DNA of 64,000 nt. Source: Candidatus Omnitrophota bacterium. Its GTDB lineage: Bacteria; Ratteibacteria; UBA8468; MWAK01. Positions 30,780 through 40,272 of this stretch are shown here, one piece after another. Under the pieces are notes generated by a model. The model had not been told where the DNA came from. It did not search any database and saw only the letters and a program-made list of their open reading frames with translations. Every line of letters begins with the position of its first letter. The stretch's first letter is position 1. The stretch lies in the NCBI GenBank assembly GCA_043826355.1, contig JBDRQI010000001.1, positions 32,001 to 96,000 on the forward strand, given 5' to 3'. A program made the translations under genes and the position numbers.

Positions 30780-32425
30780 AGATTATGGGAGCCACTATCG
30801 GGAACTGCGTCCATACCGCCGGAATTTTAAATTTTCTCAAATACGCGGAGGGTTTTGGACATAAAACCGTTTTTCTGGGAATGTGCCTAACACCCGAAAA
30901 CCTGGTTGCCGAAATTAAGACGGCGAAACCGGCGGCGGTCGCATTGAGTTACCGGCTGACGCCCGAAGTGGCAAAACGCATTTTCCGGGAACTGGAGCAG
31001 TCCCTGACTAAAAATGCGGTGCGAGACGTGAAATTCCTTTTCGGCGGAACGGAAAGCGTTTGCAAGGTTGCCCGGACGTTCAAATTCTTTGATTTTGTAG
31101 TTTCCGGTGCCGGTGATGGGGAAATGAAAAAGATAGCGTCGTTCCTCACGGGTAAAAATACCGGAAAGGTTGCGCCGGCAACTTATCCCCAGGACCTGGT
31201 GAGCAGAATAAATTGTTCGCATCCCTATCCCCTCATCCGGCATCACTTCGGGCAGCCCTCCCTGGCTGCAACGGTGGCCGGGGCCAGAAAGATTGCCGAA
31301 GCGCAGGTGCTGGACATCCTTTCCATCGCCCCGGACCAAAACGCACAGGAATATTTTTTTAATCCTGAAAAGATGAACCGGGACAGGGACGGGGCGGGTG
31401 GCGTGCCCGTCAGAAAAAAGACGGATTTAAAAAAGATTTACCGGGCTTCCCGCTGCGGCAATTATCCGCTGATAAGATGTTATGCGGGCACCAACCGCCT
31501 GAAAAAATGGGCAAAGATGTTGTCCGAAACAATCAACAACGCCTGGGGCGCTATTCCCATCTTCTGGTACAGCGTTCTGGACGGCCGGTCCAAACGGCCG
31601 CTGGAAAGAGCCATCCGGGAAAACCAGGAGGCGATAAGGTGGCACGCGGAGCGGGGAATACCCGTAGAGATAAATGATTCGCACCAGTGGGGATTGAGGC
31701 AGGCCCACGATAGTTTGGAGACGGCAACCGCGTTTCTCGCTGCAATCAATGCCAAAAAATTTGGCGTGAAGAATTATGTTTTTCAGTATATGTTCAATAC
31801 TCCTTCGGGCTTAAGCTCTACAATGGACCTGGCCAAGATGCTCGCGAAGAAGGAGATGGTAGAGAGTCTGGTTGACAAAAATTTCACCGTTTTCACCCTG
31901 GTTCGCGCCGGGCTGGCAAGTCTCGATTCCGATCCGGATGTCGCCAAGGGTCAGCTATCTTCTTCTATCCTGCTGTCTCTTGCGCTAAAACCGCATATCG
32001 TTCATGTGGTGGGATTTAGCGAGGGTGACCACGCGGCTACCGCAGAAGAAATTATCGAGAGTTGCAAAATTGCCCACGGTGTGGTAAAAAATTCATTGAT
32101 TGATTGGCCGGAAATGGTAAAAAACAAAAAAGTTCAGGAGAGAAAAAAAGAGGTGCGGCGGGAGGCGGCTCTGATCCTGTCGGCCATTAAAAATCTCGGT
32201 GCTAAATTGAAAAAGAAGGATTCCTTGACCAATCCGGAAGTGTTGAGTTCAGCCGTAAAAACGGGCATTCTGGATGCGCCGCATCTAAAGGGCAGTAAAT
32301 TTGCGCAGGGTTCCATAGAAACCGCCATTGTTAAAGGAAAATGTTGTGTTGTTGATTCGAAAACCAAACGGGTTATTTCTGAAAAGGCCAGGATTAGTAA
32401 ATTGGGTTTGGCGGATATCAGGTAA
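30776..32425 (+). CDS. Cobalamin-binding protein, fused glutamate-mutase S+E-like
   Basis: N-terminal B12 domain (NCVHTAG..SYRL..FGG) plus a ~400-aa domain colinear by eye with GlmE. Confidence 0.65.
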   Translation: MKIMGATIGNCVHTAGILNFLKYAEGFGHKTVFLGMCLTPENLVAEIKTAKPAAVALSYRLTPEVAKRIFRELEQSLTKNAVRDVKFLFGGTESVCKVARTFKFFDFVVSGAGDGEMKKIASFLTGKNTGKVAPATYPQDLVSRINCSHPYPLIRHHFGQPSLAATVAGARKIAEAQVLDILSIAPDQNAQEYFFNPEKMNRDRDGAGGVPVRKKTDLKKIYRASRCGNYPLIRCYAGTNRLKKWAKMLSETINNAWGAIPIFWYSVLDGRSKRPLERAIRENQEAIRWHAERGIPVEINDSHQWGLRQAHDSLETATAFLAAINAKKFGVKNYVFQYMFNTPSGLSSTMDLAKMLAKKEMVESLVDKNFTVFTLVRAGLASLDSDPDVAKGQLSSSILLSLALKPHIVHVVGFSEGDHAATAEEIIESCKIAHGVVKNSLIDWPEMVKNKKVQERKKEVRREAALILSAIKNLGAKLKKKDSLTNPEVLSSAVKTGILDAPHLKGSKFAQGSIETAIVKGKCCVVDSKTKRVISEKARISKLGLADIR

Positions 32426-32449
32426 AAACTGGTGGTTAGGAATGTTGCC

Positions 32450-33592
32450 ATGAAAGATTTTGAAGAGAAAGAAGGAAAAGAAATTTTAAACAAAATAGGG
32501 GAAAAAGGCAAAGATATCTCATTTTGCGTATTGGGCGCCGGCAACGGCGGGATGGCCATGGCGGCCCACCTCGCAGTGATGGGTTACAGGGTAAACCTGT
32601 ACAACCGCACCCCGGGCCGTCTGAGCGGGATAAAATGGCACGGAGAGATTAAGGTTGACGGCGAGGTGAACGGTTTCGGAAAGATTGAGGTCATCACCTC
32701 CGATATCGGAGAAGCCATCGGAGGGGTGGATATTCTGATGCTGGTTGTTCCGGCGACGGCCCACGCTTTTCTTGCCCAGTCCTGCGCCCCCCATCTTCAT
32801 GACGGGCAGATTGTCATCTTGAACCCGGGCCGGACCGGCGGCGTTCTGGAATTCAAGAGGATTCTCGGGGACCGGAAAGTAACCCGAAAAATCTTTCTGG
32901 CGGAAACCCAGACATTCCTCTATGCTTCCCGGACCGTTGGCCCGGCGGCCAGCCATATTTTCCGGATAAAAGATAACGTGCCGCTGGCAACGCTGCCGGC
33001 GTATTGGATTCCCGGAGTTCTTTCTGTAATCAGACAGGCATTTCCGCAATTCGTTCCCGGAGACAATATTTTCAAGACGAGCCTGGATAACATCGGCGCT
33101 GTCTTCCATCCCGCGCTGACCCTTTTCAATATGGCCTGGATAGAACATTCTGAAGGAGATTTTGATTTCTACCTGGAGGGTTTAAGTCCTTCCCTGGCAA
33201 AAGTTCTGGAGGAGGTTGACCGGGAACGCATCGCCGTAGCCGCAGCGCTGGGCGTAAAAGTTAATTCGGCCCGGGAATGGCTCTACCAGGTTTATGACTC
33301 CGCCGGAGAGACCCTTTACCAGGCGATTCACAAGACATCCGCCTATAAAGGAATTAGGGCGCCTTCCAGCATAGCCCACCGGTACATCTGGGAAGATGTG
33401 CCGGCCAGCCTGGTTCCGATCGCTTCCATTGGGGAGATGCTCGGAGTTGAAACTCCGGCCATAAAAGCTATTATCCGGATTGCGTCCACCGTACACCAGA
33501 AAGATTACGGGAAGGAGGGGCGAACGGTGGAAAAGCTGGGAATCTCCGGGTTTTCGGTGAAGGAAATACGACAATTGGCGGTGGGATTATAA
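32450..33592 (+). CDS. NAD/NADP octopine/nopaline (opine) dehydrogenase family protein
   Basis: LGAGNGG, LNPGRTGG, FYLEG and RYIWEDVP motifs. Confidence 0.88.
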   Translation: MKDFEEKEGKEILNKIGEKGKDISFCVLGAGNGGMAMAAHLAVMGYRVNLYNRTPGRLSGIKWHGEIKVDGEVNGFGKIEVITSDIGEAIGGVDILMLVVPATAHAFLAQSCAPHLHDGQIVILNPGRTGGVLEFKRILGDRKVTRKIFLAETQTFLYASRTVGPAASHIFRIKDNVPLATLPAYWIPGVLSVIRQAFPQFVPGDNIFKTSLDNIGAVFHPALTLFNMAWIEHSEGDFDFYLEGLSPSLAKVLEEVDRERIAVAAALGVKVNSAREWLYQVYDSAGETLYQAIHKTSAYKGIRAPSSIAHRYIWEDVPASLVPIASIGEMLGVETPAIKAIIRIASTVHQKDYGKEGRTVEKLGISGFSVKEIRQLAVGL

Positions 33593-33680
33593 AGGCCCGC
33601 CTTCGCAAGGCGGGCGCCTCATAACAGGCGGCTTCGCCGCTTTCGGCTTCCCTGCTTCGGTGGGCAAAGGAGGGTTCAAA

Positions 33681-34376
33681 ATGGACTGGCTGGAATTTAA
33701 ATCAATGTTGGTTGCGGCAATTAACTTTATCCCCAGAATATTGTTTTTGGTCCTTTTTTTCGTATTATGCTGGTTGATTGCCTATTTCTTAAGAAATCTG
33801 GTAGACTGGATTTTGAGAAAAATCGGTTTTGACCGGTTTTGTGACCGGATCGGAATCTCGGAATTCTTGAGAAAGGGTCGCGTGAGTTATACGCCGGCAA
33901 AACTCATAGCCGTTTTTGTTTACTGGCTGATTATCATTATAGTTCTTGTTTCCGGAACGGCATTAATCGGGGTCAGTCCGTTTGATCTGGTGATAGAAAA
34001 GATAATTCAGAACCTCCCGAACCTGGCCGGCGGCCTGCTTCTTTTTATGGTAGGTGTTTTAGTCGTTAATTTCATCGTTAATTTTATTCAGACCATCGCC
34101 AATAACGCTAACTTCCCCCAGACCGGCATCTTGAGCCGGAGCGTAAAAGCCGTCGGCATTCTTTTCATTCTGATGGTAACGCTGGAATTTATGGGAATAG
34201 GCGGAAGAACCTTCATCTTCTCTTTTCAAGTCATCTTTGCGGGCATTATTTTCGCTCTGGCCCTCGCTTTCGGTCTGGGTTGCAAGGATATTATTCAGAA
34301 GAAGGTTGAGCGCATCCTGAAGAAGATACAGGAAGAAAGCGAGAATACTCCAAAAGGACCTGATCTGGAAGGATAA
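33681..34376 (+). CDS. CmpX-like membrane protein (MscS-associated conserved TM-helix repeats)
   Basis: Two repeats of the FIPRI/NLPNL TM-helix pattern and ALAFGLG; AGGAGG RBS. Confidence 0.75.
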   Translation: MDWLEFKSMLVAAINFIPRILFLVLFFVLCWLIAYFLRNLVDWILRKIGFDRFCDRIGISEFLRKGRVSYTPAKLIAVFVYWLIIIIVLVSGTALIGVSPFDLVIEKIIQNLPNLAGGLLLFMVGVLVVNFIVNFIQTIANNANFPQTGILSRSVKAVGILFILMVTLEFMGIGGRTFIFSFQVIFAGIIFALALAFGLGCKDIIQKKVERILKKIQEESENTPKGPDLEG

Positions 34377-34509
34377 AAGACGGAGGAATTATCGGCGTTC
34401 ACAAGGAGTGGGTGTTGTCATACCAAACCTTAAAAGATACCAAAGTCATTTACTGTTCCTACACCACCTATTTGTGCCGTAAGACTTAATTACATTTGAG
34501 TGATTAAAA

Positions 34510-34576
34510 GACGGAATTGCCGCGTCGCTTCGCCCCTTTCCAGAGCTTTGGAAAGGGCACCCGTCTCGCAATGACA
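34510..34576. repeat. ATTGC...CTCGCAATGACA palindrome with nested CCCTTTCC...GGAAAGGG
   Basis: Inner element also occurs at 14273-14297 and 25017-25041. Confidence 0.7.
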
Positions 34577-34603
34577 TACGATAAATAGTTTTCCCCTAAA
34601 TCT

Positions 34604-36400
34604 ATGGAAATTAGAAATATCGCTATTATTGCGCACGTTGACCACGGGAAAACTACCCTGACCGATACCCTGATGCGCCAGACGGGGATGATAACCGGCA
34701 ACGAGAGCATGGACAGCAATTCCATTGAACAGGAAAGGGGCATTACCATTTATTCCAAAAACACTTCCATCTTTTACCGCCACACTAAAATCAATATCGT
34801 TGATACTCCCGGGCACGCCGATTTCAGTTCGGAAGTGGAAAGAGTCCTGCGCTCGGTTGATTGTGTGTTACTCCTGGTTGACGTGCAGGACGGGCCGATG
34901 CCACAGACCAGGTTCGTTTTAAGGAAATCGCTGGAACTCGGCTTGAAGCCGATTGTGGTTATCAACAAGATGGACAAACCGACGGCGCGGCCGAAAGAAG
35001 TTCTGGAACTGATTTACGAACTTTTTTTGAATTTAGGAGCCACCGACGACCAACTGGATTTTCCCATTGTTTACGCTTCTTCAAAACAGGGTATTGCCAA
35101 ATTAGACCCGGCGGACGATTCGGAGAACCTGAATCCTTTATTGGATGTGATTCTGGAAAAAGTCAAGCCGGCGTCCAACAAAAAAGCGGCCGGCAAGTCC
35201 CTGGCGGCACAGCCTTTTAACCTGGCTTACGATAATTTCCTGGGACGCTGCGCCATCTGCCGGATTTACGAAGGCAAGATTAAGACCGGGCAGCAGGTGT
35301 TTGTGCATAATATTTACGGAGAAAACCGCCGGCACAAAATAACCAAGCTTTTTACTTTTCACGGACTGGAAAAGAAAGAAGTCAACGAGGCCGTGGTCGG
35401 AGACATTGTTATGGTTGCCGGTCTGCCGGATATTTACATCGGCGAAACAATTTCGGAAAACGCGGACCAGCCGTTGCTGCCGGGCATCAAGATTGACGAG
35501 CCGACCATTTCCCTGAACTTCCTGGTGAACAATTCGCCGCTGGCCGGCCGGGAAGGAAAATTCGTCACCATCCGCCAATTGAAGGAACGGCTGAAGAAAG
35601 AACTGGAAGTAAACGTCGGCTTGAGGATAGATTTTTCCCACAAGGCTTTCTATAAGGTTTTCGGGCGCGGCGAATTGCACGTCGCCGTGCTGCTGGAAAA
35701 TCTGAGACGGGAAGGCTATGAACTGCAAATCTCCCAGCCGCAGGTTGTCATCAAGGAGCAGGACGGCGTGAAACTGGAGCCCTTTGAAGAAGTGATAATT
35801 GACGTCCCGGAGAATATGGTCGGGACGGTTATCGGGAAATTATCCAAGCGCCAGGGAAGGATCGTCAGCATTAAAAACAAGCATAACGAAACCAGGCTGA
35901 TTTTTGAAATCCCGACCCGGGGTTTGCTCGGCTATCGGAAAGAGTTCGTGGTTGATACGCGCGGCGAAGGCATTTTATGCTCCAACTTCCTGGATTTCCG
36001 GCCCCTGTCCGGTGAAGTGGAAAAGAGCGAAGTCGGTTCCATGATATCCATGGCCACCGGCAGGGCCTCGGCTTTCGCGCTCTGGGGGCTGCAGCGAAGG
36101 GGCTCTTTATATATCGGTCCCAACGCCGATGTTTACGAAGGAATGGTTATCGGCAACACCGCCAAAGGAGACGACATGGTGGCCAATCCGACTAAGGGTA
36201 AGCAGTTGTCAAACATGCGCTCTTCCGGTTCGGACGAAGCCATTGTTTTGATTCCGCCGCAGGAATTAACTTTGGAAAATGCTTTAAGCATTATGAACAA
36301 CGACGAATATCTGGAAGTTACCCCGCAGAATATACGCCTGAGAAAACAGCACCTGACCGAAAACGACCGGTCAAAGGCCAGAAAAGTTACGGCTATGTAA
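34604..36400 (+). CDS. typA: Translational GTPase TypA/BipA
   Basis: [30 protein letters not shown] and [11 protein letters not shown]. Confidence 0.96.
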   Translation: MEIRNIAIIAHVDHGKTTLTDTLMRQTGMITGNESMDSNSIEQERGITIYSKNTSIFYRHTKINIVDTPGHADFSSEVERVLRSVDCVLLLVDVQDGPMPQTRFVLRKSLELGLKPIVVINKMDKPTARPKEVLELIYELFLNLGATDDQLDFPIVYASSKQGIAKLDPADDSENLNPLLDVILEKVKPASNKKAAGKSLAAQPFNLAYDNFLGRCAICRIYEGKIKTGQQVFVHNIYGENRRHKITKLFTFHGLEKKEVNEAVVGDIVMVAGLPDIYIGETISENADQPLLPGIKIDEPTISLNFLVNNSPLAGREGKFVTIRQLKERLKKELEVNVGLRIDFSHKAFYKVFGRGELHVAVLLENLRREGYELQISQPQVVIKEQDGVKLEPFEEVIIDVPENMVGTVIGKLSKRQGRIVSIKNKHNETRLIFEIPTRGLLGYRKEFVVDTRGEGILCSNFLDFRPLSGEVEKSEVGSMISMATGRASAFALWGLQRRGSLYIGPNADVYEGMVIGNTAKGDDMVANPTKGKQLSNMRSSGSDEAIVLIPPQELTLENALSIMNNDEYLEVTPQNIRLRKQHLTENDRSKARKVTAM

Positions 36401-37632
36401 TGAAAAGATACCCGGTGGTCGTAATCGGTTCCGGTCCGGCCGGAATGATGGCGGCGCTCCAGGCGGCCGGCAAAGGCGCTCAAACCCTGCTGCTGGAAAA
36501 GAACGGTTCTGCCGGAAACAAACTGCTGATTACCGGCGGCGGAAGATGCAACCTGACTAACAACTGCAGCCTGCCCGATTTTATCGCTTCCTATCATAAC
36601 GGTGATTTTCTGCGCAATGCCTTTGCCCGGTTTTTCAACCGGGACCTGATTGCTTTTTTTGAGGAGAAGGGTTTTAAGTTGGTCGTGGAGCAGGAACACC
36701 TGATCTTTCCGGCCAGCCGGTCGGCTCAAAAGGTGGCGGATTTCCTGTTGGCGCAACTGAAGGAAAATAAGGTTGAGTTGCGTTTGAAAACCCCGGTTTT
36801 AGATGTTCAGAAAAATAATACCCATCTTTTTGAAATAACCACCGTCGCCGGACCGATCGGCGCGGAAAAAATCATCCTGGCTACCGGCGGCAAAAGTTAT
36901 CCGCAGACCGGTTCCACCGGCGACGGATACGTCCTGGCCGAAAAGTTCGGCCACAAGGTCTTCGAACCAAAACCGGCTCTGTGCGGCATTGTGTTGCAGG
37001 AAACCTGGCATAAAAAATGGCAGGGAATATCTTTTGAAAAAGTTGGTCTGAAATTAATGCTGGAAAAGAAGCAGCTCGGTTCGGAATCCGGTGAAATCGT
37101 CTTTACCCATTTCGGAATTTCCGGTCCGGCGGCGCTTAATCTTTCGCGTCTTTTAACCGAAGTGAAAGATAAAAGGTCAACTCATTTTTTTGTTAATTTT
37201 ATGCCGGAATTGAATGAAGACGCGCTCCGGGACCGTTTGATGGATGAATTCCTAAAGCATGGCCGGATGACCGCCCGGAAAATCCTGAGTACCCTGGTTC
37301 CCGCTAGGATTGCAGAACAGATTATCGTTTTTGCCGGTATTCCGGGAGAGAAGACCGTCAGCAATATTACGGGCAGGGAACGGCAGGCGCTCGTTGCCCT
37401 GCTTAATAATTTTCCCCTGGTTATAGACGGGTTGCTGCCGATTGAGGATGCGATGGTAACCCGGGGCGGGGTCAACGTAAAAGAGATTAATCCCCAAACA
37501 ATGGAATCAAGGATTGTCCCGGGTCTTTACTTTGCCGGGGAGGTTATTGACGTAGACGGCAGGACCGGCGGGTTCAACCTCCAGGCCGCCTTTTCCACCG
37601 GTTTCGTTGCCGGCACCCATGTTTGTTGTTGA
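36400..37632 (+). CDS. HI0933/BaiN-family flavoprotein
   Basis: GSGPAG, TGGGRCNLTN, TGGKSYP, FTHFGISGP and TGGFNLQ. Confidence 0.92.
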   Translation: MKRYPVVVIGSGPAGMMAALQAAGKGAQTLLLEKNGSAGNKLLITGGGRCNLTNNCSLPDFIASYHNGDFLRNAFARFFNRDLIAFFEEKGFKLVVEQEHLIFPASRSAQKVADFLLAQLKENKVELRLKTPVLDVQKNNTHLFEITTVAGPIGAEKIILATGGKSYPQTGSTGDGYVLAEKFGHKVFEPKPALCGIVLQETWHKKWQGISFEKVGLKLMLEKKQLGSESGEIVFTHFGISGPAALNLSRLLTEVKDKRSTHFFVNFMPELNEDALRDRLMDEFLKHGRMTARKILSTLVPARIAEQIIVFAGIPGEKTVSNITGRERQALVALLNNFPLVIDGLLPIEDAMVTRGGVNVKEINPQTMESRIVPGLYFAGEVIDVDGRTGGFNLQAAFSTGFVAGTHVCC

Positions 37633-37662
37633 AACCGAATCACGTGGTATAATAAAAAAATT

Positions 37663-38769
37663 ATGAACGAAAATTTTTCGCTGGTTGACCTCCTGAAACT
37701 GATGGGTGAAAAAGGGGCTTCCGATCTTCACCTTCAAACCGGTTCCCGTCCTTTCTTCAGAATCGGCGGGGTGCTCACGGAAATTTCAGATTTTCCGGCC
37801 TTAACGGCGGAATATCTGACCAAAATAATCCGCGAGATCATCCCGGACAAATTCAGTGTTTTTGAGGAAAAACATAATCTGGATGCGGCGATTGGTATTC
37901 CGGAGGCAGGAAGGTTTCGGATAAACGTTTTTCAGCAGCGCGGGTCGATCGCCCTGATCAGCCGCAAAATTGCCAATATCATACCGGACTTTGAAAGTTT
38001 GCATCTGCCGGAATCAACCGGCCAAGCCGCCGATTTTCTCAACGGGCTGGTGCTGGTAACCGGAGCTTCGGGATGCGGAAAGTCCAGCACCCTGGCCGCC
38101 GTCATAAACCATATTAACGAAAAAAGGAAGTGCCACATTCTCTGCATTGAAGACCCGATTGAGTTTCTTTATCAAAACAAGCAGGCGATTATTACCCAAC
38201 GGGAGGTGGAAGTAGACGTAGATTCTTTTAAAGAGGCCTTGCGATATGCCGTAAGACAAGACCCGGACGTTATTCTGATCGGCGAAATTCGGGACGAGGA
38301 AACGGTTAAATTCGCGCTGCGCGGAGCGGAAACCGGCCGCCTTGTCCTGGGCACGATTCACAGCACCAACGCAACCCAGACGATTGAAAGAATTCTGGGC
38401 TTTTTCCCGCAAAACGAGCAGGCGCAAACCAGAAAAAACCTGAGCCGTTACCTGAAAGCGGTGATTTCCCAGATGCTGGTTCCTTCCTGCAAAGAAGGAA
38501 TGACCCTTGTGCCGGCGTGCGAGATTATGTTTGTAAATCAGACCATCTCCAGATTGATTGCGGAAGGGAAGGATGATAAGATTATTCAGGCGATTAAATC
38601 CGGCGCAAAAGAATGGGGCATGCAGGATTTTGAACAAGCGCTCATTGACCTGATAAATAAGGACATCATTACAAAAGAAACCGGCCTGCAATATACCGAA
38701 AGCCCTCAAAGTATGGAGATGAAACTGAAGGGTATCTTTTTAAGCGATGCGGGCTCTATTATTTCTTGA
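37663..38769 (+). CDS. PilT/PilU-family type IV pilus ATPase
   Basis: ASDLHL, GASGCGKS, EDPIE, RQDPDVILIGEIRD and GMQ. Confidence 0.92.
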   Translation: MNENFSLVDLLKLMGEKGASDLHLQTGSRPFFRIGGVLTEISDFPALTAEYLTKIIREIIPDKFSVFEEKHNLDAAIGIPEAGRFRINVFQQRGSIALISRKIANIIPDFESLHLPESTGQAADFLNGLVLVTGASGCGKSSTLAAVINHINEKRKCHILCIEDPIEFLYQNKQAIITQREVEVDVDSFKEALRYAVRQDPDVILIGEIRDEETVKFALRGAETGRLVLGTIHSTNATQTIERILGFFPQNEQAQTRKNLSRYLKAVISQMLVPSCKEGMTLVPACEIMFVNQTISRLIAEGKDDKIIQAIKSGAKEWGMQDFEQALIDLINKDIITKETGLQYTESPQSMEMKLKGIFLSDAGSIIS

Positions 38770-38812
38770 AAAAGTATTGATACCAATTTGAATTCAACCG
38801 GCGCGTGCAACC

Positions 38813-39538
38813 ATGAAGCGAAAAAAGTTTTCCCTCCCGGTCCGTACGCCGGCGGTTCTCTTTCTGCTTTTTTCCGCTCTTCTCTTCGGAAATCCCATCG
38901 GCCGGACACAGGAGACAACCCTGCCGGATGGTTTCGTCTATGTTGACACAATCATTCCCAGCATCAGGATTGAACTGCGCTATTATACAACCCATAACTT
39001 CGTCGGCGAACGTATTGACGGGTATATCGCGCCGAAATGCATCCTGACGCGGCCGGCGGCGCAGGCGCTGGAAAAAGTCCAGGCGGAATTAAAACCGTTC
39101 GGTCTGGGCTTGAAGATATACGATGCTTACCGGCCCCAGCAGGCGGTTGACCATTTCCGGCGCTGGGCCGCAAATACGTCCGACGTACGCAAGAAAGACG
39201 AGTTTTATCCAGAGGTGGCTAAGGAAGAATTATTCCGGAAGGGATACCTGGCCAGCCGGTCAGGCCACAGCCGGGGCAGTACCGTTGACCTGACGATTGT
39301 GCCGTTGGGTGCGGAAAGCCCGGATGAGGTGATTGATATGGGTAGTCCTTTTGATTTTTTTAGTCCAAGGTCATGGCCGGGCAATCTTTCGGTAGAGCCC
39401 GAACAGCGCGCCCACCGGATGCTTCTTCAAGTCCTTATGGGGAAGCATGGGTTCCGGCCCTATGCTTATGAGTGGTGGCACTTCACGCTGAATAATGAAC
39501 CTTTTCCAAACACCTATTTTAACTTTCCCGTTAAATGA
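38813..39538 (+). CDS. D-alanyl-D-alanine dipeptidase (M15, VanX/DdpX family), exported
   Basis: DAYRP, SGHSRGSTVD and EWWHF. Confidence 0.92.
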   Translation: MKRKKFSLPVRTPAVLFLLFSALLFGNPIGRTQETTLPDGFVYVDTIIPSIRIELRYYTTHNFVGERIDGYIAPKCILTRPAAQALEKVQAELKPFGLGLKIYDAYRPQQAVDHFRRWAANTSDVRKKDEFYPEVAKEELFRKGYLASRSGHSRGSTVDLTIVPLGAESPDEVIDMGSPFDFFSPRSWPGNLSVEPEQRAHRMLLQVLMGKHGFRPYAYEWWHFTLNNEPFPNTYFNFPVK

Positions 39539-39578
39539 TGCTATCTTTTTCAACCGGTACGCGCAAGGAGGAGAGGTT

Positions 39579-40271
39579 ATGGTCTTAAAATGTATGCAGG
39601 TTTTGGCGGTAGTCGGACTGATGGCTACTCAGGTGAACTGCGCTCAGACAACGCTCCTTAATACCCAAAAGGAGAAGGTAAGTTACGGCATCGGGGTTAA
39701 CATAGCGAAAAGTTTCAAGCCGCAAGGCATTGAGATTGACGTAGAGGCCCTGGTGAAAGGACTGAGGGACGCGTTTTCAGGGGGAAAACTACTTATGACC
39801 GAGGATGAAATTCAAGCAACTATGCGTCAATTTCAGATTGAACTGAACCAGAAACAGGCCCAGGGCGCGAAGGCGGTGTCAACGGAAAACAAGAAAGAGG
39901 GGGCTGCTTTTTTAGCCGGAAACAAAACCAAACCGGGCGTGGTAACCCTGCCCAGCGGTCTGCAGTATAAAATTCTAAAAGCGGGTAACGGCAAAAAGCC
40001 GATTGGGTCCGACACGGTGGAGTGCCATTACCGGGGCACCCTTGTCAACGGGACCGAGTTTGACAGCTCCTACCGCCGCGGACAACCCGCTTCTTTTCCG
40101 GTCTCCGGGGTTATCCCCGGCTGGACGGAAGCCCTGAAACTGATGCCGGTGGGTTCCAAGTGGCAGCTCTTTATTCCTCCCCAGCTTGCTTACGGAACGC
40201 AGGGGGCAGGCCGTGACATCGGGCCGGACGCGACGCTCATTTTTGAGGTGGAACTCCTGGCCATCAAGTAA
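39579..40271 (+). CDS. FKBP-type peptidyl-prolyl isomerase (Mip/FkpA-like)
   Basis: SYGIG, SGLQY, FDSS, VIPGW and FEVELL; GGAGG-like RBS. Confidence 0.94.
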   Translation: MVLKCMQVLAVVGLMATQVNCAQTTLLNTQKEKVSYGIGVNIAKSFKPQGIEIDVEALVKGLRDAFSGGKLLMTEDEIQATMRQFQIELNQKQAQGAKAVSTENKKEGAAFLAGNKTKPGVVTLPSGLQYKILKAGNGKKPIGSDTVECHYRGTLVNGTEFDSSYRRGQPASFPVSGVIPGWTEALKLMPVGSKWQLFIPPQLAYGTQGAGRDIGPDATLIFEVELLAIK

Positions 40272-40272
40272 T

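Noticed and set aside
38813..39538. VanX-like gene as vancomycin resistance
   Set aside because: No vanA/vanH/vanRS nearby; stand-alone D-Ala-D-Ala dipeptidases are common.
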